Below are positions 9,423 to 18,601 of a stretch of 64,000 nucleotides of DNA, piece after piece. This DNA is from Methanoregula sp. (GTDB lineage: Archaea > Halobacteriota > Methanomicrobia > Methanomicrobiales > Methanospirillaceae), in assembly GCA_039698055.1 (NCBI GenBank), contig JBDKTL010000027.1, positions 80,672 to 144,671 on the forward strand, written 5' to 3'. The notes under the pieces were generated by a model. It was not told the DNA's origin. It made no database searches and saw only the letters and a list, made by a program, of their open reading frames with translations. Position 1 is the first letter of the stretch. Each line of letters opens with the position of its first letter. The position numbers and the translations under genes are program-made.

Positions 9423-12083
9423 ATGACTGACACGAAAAGAACCGGTTCCCCGGAGAAACTCCCCGAACTCCTTGCGCCCGCTGGTTCCCCGGAATCCCTG
9501 CGTGCCGCCATCGCCGCCGGGGCTGACGCGGTGTACCTGAGCGGCCGGCAGTTTGGCGCCCGTAAATTTGCCCGGAATTTTTCCGATGAAGAGATCCCAG
9601 AAGCGGTACGATCGGCCCATTTACAGGGTGTCCGGGTCTACGTGACGGTGAACACGCTGATCCATGACCGGGAATTACCCGGCGTTGCAGAGTACCTGGT
9701 GTGGTTGTACGCTAACGGCGTCGATGCGGTGCTGGTGCAGGATATTGGCGTCGCGGCGCTTGCAAAAAAACTGGTCCCTGACCTTTCCCTGCACGCATCC
9801 ACCCAGATGACCATCCATTCCGCAGACGGGGTGAAATGGGCGGCAGGACAGGGATTTTCCCGGGTCGTGCTCGCCCGTGAACTCTCTCTTGCCGACGTGC
9901 AGGCAATTGCAGCGGAGACGGCAACGCTTGGCATCGGTCTTGAAGTGTTTGTGCACGGGGCCCTCTGTTACTGCTGGTCCGGGCAGTGCCTGCTCTCATC
10001 GGTGGTTGGCGGGCGGAGCGGGAACCGGGGCATGTGCGCCCAGCCCTGCCGGAAACCGTACACGTTCGTCACCGGAGACCGTGACGCATACGGCAATCCG
10101 GTCAACCTGCACCCCATCTCCTCAAAAGAGCGCTTCCTCCTCTCCCCAAAAGATCTCTCAACCTACCCGCACCTGCCGGAACTCGCCCGTGCACCGGTTG
10201 CGTCACTGAAAATTGAAGGACGGATGAAATCTCCTGAATATGTTGCCACGGTCGTATCGATCTACCGGCGTGCGCTTGACGCAATCGCTGCCGGTACCTG
10301 GGAACCGGCAAAGGACGACGTGCAGGACCTGCTGCTCGCCTTCAACCGGGGGTTCACAAAGGGGTATATTTTCGGGGACAAGCATGCTGCACTGATGGGC
10401 CGGGACCAGCCAGACAACCGGGGGCTCTTTATCGGGGTTGTAACCCGGTTTGACAACCGTTTGGGAACGGTCACGGTCCAGTGCGAAACCCCCATCGTGC
10501 TGCATCCCGGCGACGGGCTGCTCTTCTCGCACCCGGATCGGCCGGAAACCGCGTGGGGATGTGCGCTCAATAATGAACCGGTCCGGACACCGTCGTCGGT
10601 TTCATTTTCCGTTCCACAACCGGTAACGGCAGGAACCCGGCTGTACCTGACAATGTCCGGCCCGCTGCGGGCACGGGCCCGGCAGATCGTGGCAAAACCC
10701 CCTGCAGGACTCCGGCATCCGGTCATGATCGATATGAACGGGGCGGTCCTGCCGGACGGCACACTGGTGCTTGGCGGGGCGATCAATCCCGGCAGCGCCA
10801 ATGTTGTCGTTATCCCCGCCACACGCTCCCGTATCCTTGTCCCGGCAGAATCCCGTCCGCTCACCCGCGACCAGCTGATACGGTCGCTTTCAAAAACCGG
10901 GGGGACACCGTTTGCCATCCGCGAATTCTCTCTTGACTATCCCGGGGGAATGTTTGCCCCGATTGCCGAACTCAACCGGGTGCGCCGGGAATTCCTGCAG
11001 TCTACACAGGCAATACTTGTCCAGTCAGCCACGCCATCCGATGAGCATATTCGTGCAGCACAGGACCGGTTGGGCGCTCTTGTCACGGGATGGCGCACAC
11101 AAACCTCAGATCGCACCACTTCTCCACACCGCCGCCGTGTCAGTCTTGCTGTTTCTTCCGACAATCTCGGGGGTGTTGCCGCTGCGGTACAGGCAGGTGC
11201 GGATTGTGTTTACTTTGAACCCACCTTTCATCCGGACCCGGCAGGATATCAAAAATCCCCGGGCCCGGACTATGTCGCCGCACAGATCCGTGAAGCGCTT
11301 GCCTGCTGCCGCGATACCGCAACACGTCTTGTGTGGAAATTTCCCCGGATCACGCGAACGGTTTTCACTGATATGGCAATTCCCCTGCTTCCCGTGCTGG
11401 TAAGCGAGGGGCTTACGGAATGTATGGTTGACAGCATTGGCGCTGCACAGGCAATCCTCTCGGCAGCGCCCGGGATACGCATTGCCGGATCGGTGGGCCT
11501 GAACGTGTTCAACCACCAGACCCTTGACGAACTCTCCCGGGTGCCGTTCCACCTTGTCACCCTCTCGCCGGAGCTCTCCGGTACAGAGATTGCGGATATG
11601 CTCCGCACAGCGCCCTGCACTCCTCACCGTCCGGCATGTGCCGTTATGGTACAGGGTGCGGTTGAGGCCATGGTATCGGAAGACTGCCTTCCCCAGCCGG
11701 TATGGCAATGTCGTCATGACGCCCCCGACCGCAAAGATCATAACCCTCCTTTTTTTGGGATCATGGATGAGACACGGCGGATCTTTCCGGTCTATGTTGA
11801 CAGCGAGTGCCGAACCCACCTGTTCAACGCAATGGAGACCTGTCTGATCGATTACCTGCCGCTCCTGTTCGATGCCGGCATCCAATCGGTCGCAATCGAT
11901 GCCCGGATGAGACCTCCTGCATATGTCAGCGGGATGGTGAAAATTTATAAAGAAGCAATCGCGGCGGCACAACCGGACAGCCCGGATGCATCCCGTCACC
12001 TCCGGGCATTAAAGGAGCAGGCCAGACGTATTGCCGGGGGCCTCATAACTTCAGGGCCGTTCCTTCACGGACTTAAGGAATAA
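9423..12083 (+). CDS. Peptidase U32 family Fe-S protein with DUF3656 region (RlhA-like hydroxylase)
   Basis: PELLAPAGS, GADAVYL, LHASTQM, RVVLAREL, EVFVHGALCYCWSGQC...SGNRGMCAQPCR, LSPKDL, SLKIEGRMK, LSKTGGTPF. Confidence 0.9.
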   Translation: MTDTKRTGSPEKLPELLAPAGSPESLRAAIAAGADAVYLSGRQFGARKFARNFSDEEIPEAVRSAHLQGVRVYVTVNTLIHDRELPGVAEYLVWLYANGVDAVLVQDIGVAALAKKLVPDLSLHASTQMTIHSADGVKWAAGQGFSRVVLARELSLADVQAIAAETATLGIGLEVFVHGALCYCWSGQCLLSSVVGGRSGNRGMCAQPCRKPYTFVTGDRDAYGNPVNLHPISSKERFLLSPKDLSTYPHLPELARAPVASLKIEGRMKSPEYVATVVSIYRRALDAIAAGTWEPAKDDVQDLLLAFNRGFTKGYIFGDKHAALMGRDQPDNRGLFIGVVTRFDNRLGTVTVQCETPIVLHPGDGLLFSHPDRPETAWGCALNNEPVRTPSSVSFSVPQPVTAGTRLYLTMSGPLRARARQIVAKPPAGLRHPVMIDMNGAVLPDGTLVLGGAINPGSANVVVIPATRSRILVPAESRPLTRDQLIRSLSKTGGTPFAIREFSLDYPGGMFAPIAELNRVRREFLQSTQAILVQSATPSDEHIRAAQDRLGALVTGWRTQTSDRTTSPHRRRVSLAVSSDNLGGVAAAVQAGADCVYFEPTFHPDPAGYQKSPGPDYVAAQIREALACCRDTATRLVWKFPRITRTVFTDMAIPLLPVLVSEGLTECMVDSIGAAQAILSAAPGIRIAGSVGLNVFNHQTLDELSRVPFHLVTLSPELSGTEIADMLRTAPCTPHRPACAVMVQGAVEAMVSEDCLPQPVWQCRHDAPDRKDHNPPFFGIMDETRRIFPVYVDSECRTHLFNAMETCLIDYLPLLFDAGIQSVAIDARMRPPAYVSGMVKIYKEAIAAAQPDSPDASRHLRALKEQARRIAGGLITSGPFLHGLKE

Positions 12084-12158
12084 TTTTTGGTAATTATCAA
12101 AAATCAGCCCCCAAATTTGATTTACCGTAATCATTTTTTGATGGAAAAAACGATGCCT

Positions 12159-12189
12159 GCCGCCGCCCCGAAGGGCGCCCCGCGGCGGC
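12159..12189. repeat. GC-rich intergenic inverted repeat (REP-like)
   Basis: GCCGCCGC (12159-12166) pairs with GCGGCGGC (12182-12189) around an inner CCC-GAA-GGG hairpin, in AT-rich surroundings. Confidence 0.5.
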
Positions 12190-12504
12190 CTCAATGAGTT
12201 TCAGTCATCGGATTTTTAGTAATCTGCCCCGTTGTGCCTAAAGAAAGGCCATGAGGCGGGGAGCCATACATACTATCATCAATCTTTTATTTAGTTAGTG
12301 CGGAAAAGTTGATTTAATCCTCTTCAGGTTATCTGAATTAATAATCACAAAAATCTTAAAAACGTGTTTATCGTCGCACTGGGGGCTGGTATTTTGCAAC
12401 CAACTGATTTTTTTCTTGGTTGTTCTACAAACCCCCAGTCTCACGTGATCGAAAGGTCTAATGATGACCCGGTGCAATTTACCTGTCAGGTAAGGAGGGT
12501 ATCC

Positions 12505-13173
12505 ATGTCGTCGCCACTGATCCTTGTCAACCTGAAAACCTACAAAGAGGGAATGGGAAACCGTGCCCACCAGATAGCCACCGCTGCACAGCTGGTCGCC
12601 CGCGAGAGCGGTGCGACAATCGGGGTGGCACCGGGTTTTATCGATCTCCACCCGCTCTGCCATCACTTTGCAGTTCCGGTCTATGCACAGCACGTGGACG
12701 GGTTCGAGCCGGGCGCTCATACCGGCCATATCACCGCTGACGCAATAAAATTCGCCGGCGCGACCGGATCCCTGGTGAACCATTCCGAACGCCGGCTCAC
12801 GCTGGCTGATATTGAAGCATCGGTCCGGTCACTCCATGCCCACCAGCTGACAGCTGTAGTCTGCACAAACAACGATACCACAAGCGCCGCAGCAGCAGCA
12901 CTCTCCCCGGAATATGTCGCCATCGAACCCCCGGAACTGATAGGGAGCGGGGTTTCCGTTTCAAAAGCAAACCCGGAGATTATCCGGAAATCGGTTGCTG
13001 CCGTCCACGCTGTCAACCCGAAAACGAAAGTGCTCACCGGTGCCGGTATCCAGTGCGGGGAATGCGTGAAGATTGCCGTGGATCTTGGCACGGATGGCGT
13101 GCTTCTTGCATCCAGCGTTGTAAAATCAGCCGATCCGGCAGCAGTACTCCGGGATCTGGTCTCAAAATTCTGA
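12505..13173 (+). CDS. tpiA: Triosephosphate isomerase (archaeal type)
   Basis: [44 protein letters not shown]; SD AAGGAGG before ATG 12505. Confidence 0.96.
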   Translation: MSSPLILVNLKTYKEGMGNRAHQIATAAQLVARESGATIGVAPGFIDLHPLCHHFAVPVYAQHVDGFEPGAHTGHITADAIKFAGATGSLVNHSERRLTLADIEASVRSLHAHQLTAVVCTNNDTTSAAAAALSPEYVAIEPPELIGSGVSVSKANPEIIRKSVAAVHAVNPKTKVLTGAGIQCGECVKIAVDLGTDGVLLASSVVKSADPAAVLRDLVSKF

Positions 13174-13206
13174 CACCCTTTTTTTAAAAACTAAAAATGG
13201 GGATTT

Positions 13207-13308
13207 TTATTTAATCACCAGGTACCAGACACCGAATATAACGATAAAGAGAACAATTCCCATACCAATCACGGTTACGTTGCTGATTTCAGTGGATTCT
13301 TCTGCCAT
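13207..13308 (-). CDS. Putative 33-aa single-pass membrane microprotein (MAEESTEISNVTVIGMGIVLFIVIFGVWYLVIK)
   Basis: Translated by hand; acidic N-terminus, ~22-residue hydrophobic helix, terminal Lys; GAAGTG SD-like motif upstream; below the ORF-track cutoff. Confidence 0.6.
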   Translation of the reverse strand: MAEESTEISNVTVIGMGIVLFIVIFGVWYLVIK

Positions 13309-13491
13309 GATACACTTCCGTTCGTGGACTTCCCACGTAATTTTCCGTCGGTGTATTACTATTTAATCATTGTTATATCCCCACGGTCTCCTGCGGGGAA
13401 ATGTGCATCCATAAAAAAAACTGATGGTGTGATGCATCCCCAGCGTTGCGATTCACCTGTTTAATACCCTGACCCCCCGGGTGGAATCGTA

Positions 13492-14052
13492 CTAGACAAT
13501 AAGGGAGATCAGGTCGTGCTTGGTGATGACGCCACGGACCGTGCGCCCGTCCACCACCAGCACCGCATGGTTCTGCTGGAGAATGCTGACAACCGTTTCC
13601 ACGTCCATATCCGGGGGCACGGTCGGAAATCCGGGCTCCATGAAATCCCGGACCATAAACAGCTGGGTTTTATGGAGGCGCTGCTGTTCGATCGCCTTGA
13701 CGATCACCGACTCGGAAATGCAGCCAACCGGCACGCCCCGTTCAATGACCGGCAGCTGGGAGATGTTGTTTTTACTGAAGATCTCCACGGCAAGCGAGAT
13801 GCTTTCCAGCGGCTGGACGGCAAGCACCGGTGCATGCATGATCTGGGCGGCCGTGATCTTTTTTGGTTCAGTCCGGTTAAAGACGGCGATGATCTTATTG
13901 AGCGTACTGACCCGGGGGTCCACGCTTCCTGCTTCGATGCGTGCCACCATGGACTGGCTGATGCCGGCACGCCGGGCGAGTTCCGTCTGCCTCAGGCCCA
14001 GTGTTTCACGGCGGGACCGGAGCTCCTCCGGTGTAGGAATATTCATGTTCAA
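13492..14052 (-). CDS. HTH (XRE) plus CBS-pair transcriptional regulator
   Basis: LRQTELARRAGISQSMVARIEAGSVDPRVSTL HTH followed by two CBS domains (ISQLPV, GVITKHDL). Confidence 0.92.
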   Translation of the reverse strand: MNMNIPTPEELRSRRETLGLRQTELARRAGISQSMVARIEAGSVDPRVSTLNKIIAVFNRTEPKKITAAQIMHAPVLAVQPLESISLAVEIFSKNNISQLPVIERGVPVGCISESVIVKAIEQQRLHKTQLFMVRDFMEPGFPTVPPDMDVETVVSILQQNHAVLVVDGRTVRGVITKHDLISLIV

Positions 14053-14366
14053 TTACTACTGGTCATAGAAAAATATCAACTTTATGCAGGTTCCTAAAAA
14101 AAAATAAGCAGGTACATGCCCGCCCGGCAGGCCTGCTAAATCCCGTTTGAAGCAAACAAGAACCACCAGGCAACTCCAAAAGAGAAGAGACTAAAAATTT
14201 CCCGGTATTCTGGCGCGGGAAGCATTTTTTGGCTGGTGTGTCTACGCACAGGTTTATTATCCCAGCATAAGTTGGGCAGTCCTGCTGTGCAAAATTCTTT
14301 AAAGACCAGCACCTATAGAAGCTAAATGGCATAATCCACTGCATTCCTGGTGGATTAGTGTTGAAC

Positions 14367-14606
14367 ATGACTGAGTGTCTCACCAGTGAAGACGACGATG
14401 AAGGGAACCAACGGCGGTTCGCTTTCTCTTTTGCAACGATGTCCTGCCCGACAGGGGCAGGTGCAGGAATACGGATCATTGACCATGTGTTTTTTCGGTT
14501 CTCCCGCCCGGCGTACGGGTGGAGAGAGAGCGCCGGCAGACCTGCCGCCATCAACAGCAGTGCGAATGGTTCCTTAAGGGGACCCGGCGGGTTGATGACC
14601 CGATGA
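14367..14606 (+). CDS. Putative 79-aa leader ORF of the ATP-grasp operon
   Basis: Its TGA (14604-14606) overlaps the next ATG (14603); preceded by a TTTAAA box (14298-14303) and a hairpin; no recognisable homology. Confidence 0.35.
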   Translation: MTECLTSEDDDEGNQRRFAFSFATMSCPTGAGAGIRIIDHVFFRFSRPAYGWRESAGRPAAINSSANGSLRGPGGLMTR

Positions 14607-15406
14607 ACAATCGTTGGGGTGAACCCCTGCGGTTTAACGAACTGCTCCCAACCCCGGGTCATGGATCTGCCATCCCGGATTCCTTATCGGCAGCCACCGG
14701 CATCCTTTCCCCGGCACCGGCCCCGGTCTTTGTTCCACAGAGGAAACCTGCGGTACGGGCGGCTGTAAAAAAAGTGCCGGGAATGACCAAGGATACGATG
14801 TTTGTGGTGCGGCGGGGCAGCACCTTCCATGTGATCAGCGAGGATTACTCCTACAAGACCGAGCCGTATTATACGATTCTTCAGCACGAGGTTGACGGAA
14901 AAATCGTCAGCCCCACGAGCCGGCAGGTGCTGGATGCGTTCGTGGTGCCGATCTGCCTTGAGCGGCTGAAAAGCGCGGGTATACCGGTGTGCGAGTGGGG
15001 CATCTCGCAGGCATATGTCCCGTTCCCCTCGATCCTGTACGGGCTGAACTATTTTGCCACATCGTCAGATTATTTTGTTGTCAGCAACAATGAGCAGGCA
15101 AAAGAGACAATCAAGCACATCACCAACAAGGGAAAGTACCCGTTCTGCTACCAGAAACTGGATGAAGAGGCGACAATCCACACCTGCACCGCGATATTTG
15201 GCAGGACAATCAAAAAATGCAGTGCCGTTTCCCGGTATGCCGGACAGATCTACGATGTGTTCTCCATCCCGCTGGTCAGCATGGTCTTTGTGAAAACCGG
15301 TAAGAACTTTACGCTCTCCTCGCTTGCACCGATGCGGTACAACCACCTCACCGAGCCGGAACGGGAACTGCTCTCCTTGTACCTGGCGAACCAGGAGTTT
15401 CTATGA
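14603..15406 (+). CDS. Stand-alone RimK-like ATP-grasp N-terminal (RLAN) domain protein
   Basis: DYSYKTEPYYTILQHE, IFGRT, IYDVFSIPLV and the C-terminal helix resemble the RLAN domain; ATGA overlap with the downstream ATP-grasp; exact start uncertain. Confidence 0.75.
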   Translation: MNNRWGEPLRFNELLPTPGHGSAIPDSLSAATGILSPAPAPVFVPQRKPAVRAAVKKVPGMTKDTMFVVRRGSTFHVISEDYSYKTEPYYTILQHEVDGKIVSPTSRQVLDAFVVPICLERLKSAGIPVCEWGISQAYVPFPSILYGLNYFATSSDYFVVSNNEQAKETIKHITNKGKYPFCYQKLDEEATIHTCTAIFGRTIKKCSAVSRYAGQIYDVFSIPLVSMVFVKTGKNFTLSSLAPMRYNHLTEPERELLSLYLANQEFL

Positions 15407-16275
15407 GCAAGCTCGGTATTTTTGTGGACCGGAAAACCCTCTCGAACTCCGAGCAGCTCAACGCCCTGATCCACTGCCGGGACGTCGCTGAAGGAATGGG
15501 GCATTCGGCCGAGTTCCTGTTTCCGGTGGATATCAGCAGGATCCCCAAAATGGATGCACTCTTCATCCGGGCCCGCACGGACCCGATGAACGTGACCTAT
15601 GTAGCATCGCGGATGGCGGAGATGCACGGCATACCGGTGATCGACGACCCGAATTCCATCCAGATCTGCGGGGACAAGGTCAACATGTATTCCCACCTGC
15701 AGAAAAAAGGCGTCTCGCTCCCAAAGACCGTCTTTCTCTCAAAAAACGATCTGACCGTTGAACGGGTTGCAAAACTTTTCGATGACTTGGGAACGCCCCT
15801 TATCGTAAAAGAGCCCTCAACATCGTTTTCACTCCGGGTTGAGAAGGTGTCCGATATTGCAGAGTTTTTCCATGTCGCACACCGGTTCATCAAGATGTCG
15901 GACTGGATTGTCATCCAGCAGTTCGTGGAGAGCAAATATGACTGGCGGGTAGGAGTGCTTGGCGGTGAATTGCTCTATGCCTGCAAATATACGATCCCGT
16001 CCGTGACGTTTAAGATCCAGGCATCGGTGAACGGTCATATCGTCTATTGCGGGGTCGAGAGCGTTCCGGAAAATGCTGTGCCGCCACATGTGATCCAGCT
16101 GGGGATCGACGCGGCAAACGCGATCGGTACCGGGCTCTACGGTGTCGATATCAAAAATAATAACGGGGATGCGTGTGTCATCGAAGTCAACGACAACCCT
16201 TCTCTGGAGAGCGGCGAGGATGCCGATTATCCCCGGGTCTATGAAAAAATTGTTTCTCACCTTTTTGCGAAGTGA
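15403..16275 (+). CDS. RimK-family ATP-grasp ligase
   Basis: DALFIR, VIDDPNSIQICGDK, PKT, PLIVKEP.TSFSLRVEK, IQQFV..YDWRVGVL, GLYGVDIK, VIEVNDNPS. Confidence 0.92.
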   Translation: MSKLGIFVDRKTLSNSEQLNALIHCRDVAEGMGHSAEFLFPVDISRIPKMDALFIRARTDPMNVTYVASRMAEMHGIPVIDDPNSIQICGDKVNMYSHLQKKGVSLPKTVFLSKNDLTVERVAKLFDDLGTPLIVKEPSTSFSLRVEKVSDIAEFFHVAHRFIKMSDWIVIQQFVESKYDWRVGVLGGELLYACKYTIPSVTFKIQASVNGHIVYCGVESVPENAVPPHVIQLGIDAANAIGTGLYGVDIKNNNGDACVIEVNDNPSLESGEDADYPRVYEKIVSHLFAK

Positions 16276-16281
16276 TATATC

Positions 16282-16791
16282 TTGACAGAAAACTGGCTTT
16301 TACGTGCTGAAGATATCTGTATGCGTTGCGGGGGGCATTGCTGCGATGAGGCACATCCCCCCATCTCCAATCCCTGTCACCAGCGGTTGATCGCTGCCGG
16401 TGTCTCACCCGATAGTTTTGAAGTGAATGGTTACCGGCGGTTAAAAACCAACCCGGATGGAACATGTATCCTGATGAAGGAAGGGAAGTGCACCATCCAT
16501 GATATAAAACCCGAGACCTGCCGGGCCGGGCCATTTACCTTCGACGTGATGGACGATCAGGTGCAGATTTTCCTGAAATTTGAAACCCTCTGCCCCATTG
16601 TCGGGCTCCTCAAAGAGGTACCGTCTGCCTATAACCAGCAATACGAACAATCGGTACGAAATATCGCGCATCTCGTTTCAAACCTGTCCCGTGATGAACT
16701 GACCGTGATTAGCCGGATTGAAGAGCCGGATACGGAAAAAGTCGCAGAGATCCCGTTACAGGATATCGGATCTTATGTCAATCGGCACTGA
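16282..16791 (+). CDS. YkgJ-family cysteine-cluster (CxxCGxxCC) putative Fe-S/Zn protein
   Basis: CMRCGGHCC, CILMKEGKCTIHDIKPETCRAGPF, late CP; TTG start. Confidence 0.88.
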   Translation: MTENWLLRAEDICMRCGGHCCDEAHPPISNPCHQRLIAAGVSPDSFEVNGYRRLKTNPDGTCILMKEGKCTIHDIKPETCRAGPFTFDVMDDQVQIFLKFETLCPIVGLLKEVPSAYNQQYEQSVRNIAHLVSNLSRDELTVISRIEEPDTEKVAEIPLQDIGSYVNRH

Positions 16792-17884
16792 ACACGAATA
16801 CTCGATCAACGACGCACGCTTCAGTGCCCTGCCGGTATCGGACCGGGTGATCAAATCCATCTGCGGGAGTTTTGAGAGCGAGATTCTTTTTGGCGATGTT
16901 AAACTGGGAAAGGAGCTCCAGAAGCATGTTCTCGAGTTCATCCCGCGCTCCCACGCGGACACGATCCCGGCACTCGAATCGCAGCTGGTGCAGGGCATCC
17001 AAAAATTTTACCGGGTGTTTCCCCACGGGTATCACCTGCTCGGTCTTGGCATGCACCCGACGCTCACGCTGGACAAAACCGCTGTATGGGACCATGACGA
17101 GGGCGAATATTATGAGGTCTATGACCGGCTGTTTGATATCCGCCAGCACGGGTGGCTTAACATCCAGGCGCTCCAGATCAATCTCTCGTATGAGGGGGAT
17201 AAGGATCTTGTGGCCGTCTATAACCGGCTCCGCCCGCTGCTGCCCTACCTTATCGCGGTGACGGCATCTTCGCCGATGGTGGAGAGCCGGCTTACCGGCG
17301 CGATGGACAACCGTCTTATCTATTACCGGGAGAACCAGCAGGTGATACCGGACATCTGCCACGGGATCGTCCCGGCAGCTATACGAACCGTGAACGATTA
17401 CCGGTCGGCGCAGGAAGCGATCTATTCCGAACTCAAAAAGCGTGACGCGGCAATCCTCTGCGAGGAATGGCTGAACTCAAGCGGGGTGATCGTCCGGTTC
17501 TCCCGCACATGTCTTGAGATCAAGGCGCTTGACGAGCAGGAGTGTATCTGTTCGGATATGGCAGTCTGTGCATTTGTGCAGGCGCTGCTCCGGTGCCGGG
17601 CACTTTTCCTTGAGACGGACCAGGACGCACTTCTGGAACTCACCCAAGAGGTCATCATGCACGGTACGGCACCGGTGCAGCAGGAGCTCAAGGGGCTCTA
17701 TGACGCGGCATGGCAGAAGGCGACGCCGGAAGAACGCCGGTACCTGCCGGTGATCCAGAACCGGATTACGAAGGGGAGTCTCGCTGAACAGATCGCAAAG
17801 CGGTACCGCGAAGAACACGAGATTGTTCCCATCCTTGCCGGTTTGGCGCACTGCCTCCGGTATAATGAACCGTACGGATTATAG
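16775..17884 (+). CDS. Glutamate-cysteine ligase family 2 (GCS2) carboxylate-amine ligase
   Basis: IGTEHEYSI, ELQKHVLE, GMHP, HGWLNIQALQINL, ASSP, DNRL, WLNSSG..VRF, EIKALDEQEC; start ATG 16775 overlaps the YkgJ gene end. Confidence 0.9.
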   Translation: MSIGTEHEYSINDARFSALPVSDRVIKSICGSFESEILFGDVKLGKELQKHVLEFIPRSHADTIPALESQLVQGIQKFYRVFPHGYHLLGLGMHPTLTLDKTAVWDHDEGEYYEVYDRLFDIRQHGWLNIQALQINLSYEGDKDLVAVYNRLRPLLPYLIAVTASSPMVESRLTGAMDNRLIYYRENQQVIPDICHGIVPAAIRTVNDYRSAQEAIYSELKKRDAAILCEEWLNSSGVIVRFSRTCLEIKALDEQECICSDMAVCAFVQALLRCRALFLETDQDALLELTQEVIMHGTAPVQQELKGLYDAAWQKATPEERRYLPVIQNRITKGSLAEQIAKRYREEHEIVPILAGLAHCLRYNEPYGL

Positions 17885-18601
17885 GTGCATCGCGGAAACG
17901 GGAGCCGGGCAAAGGTACCCGGTTTGAGATGACAATACCGACGGGCGGATACCGGTTCATCACCGGGTAAAAAAAATACCGCTGGAGGGTTTGAGCCAAA
18001 AAGTGAGTCCCCGCCGGGACTTATTTTCCGGACCAGCCTTCCGGTACATCATGCTATTATCCGACATTTTTATGTTTATGCCCGCCCGGGGTGGCGATCC
18101 ATCCCAAAAAGGGGTGCGGTCAACCAATGTTCCCGGGATTTTAATCCAACCACCTTACATGATCCACGGTTCCCGGCCGGAAAAGTATCGGATGTAAAGC
18201 CCTGTTTTTTCATGTTACACCCACTGTACGCCATCCGGGGAACGATCGTCCATCTAATCGCTTTTATTAGCGTACATTTTCCTGCCCGCAGTATAGCCAG
18301 TTTTCCCTGAATATGGCCAAATCGCAGGATTTCAAATAACCTGTGCCGGAATTCACCTGTTTTCATGATCCGATGGCTCGAAAATGACCAATCCGGGCAC
18401 GTTTCAGGCTCGGATTCCGGCAGGGGAGATGCATCCCTGGCAGGATCTCCTGTTGTCCCGGGAATAGCGGTAACATCCTCCTCGGGAGGTCAACGGATAG
18501 AGTGATTCAACGTGAGAACTCCCCCCTTCCCCATCATCCGCCCGGTTGACAGGCACATTAACAAGGCACCCGGACTATCTCTAGATAAGGACTGGTGAAC
18601 G

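Noticed and set aside
12364-12504. N-terminal extension of tpiA in the ORF track
   Set aside because: Homology begins at [11 protein letters not shown], and an AAGGAGG SD precedes ATG 12505
17885-18601. 700-nt spacer with short ORFs (17991-18197 +, 18076-18366 -) and a hairpin at 18001-18026
   Set aside because: No coding signature, RBS or repeat structure that I can support; not called as a gene or ncRNA
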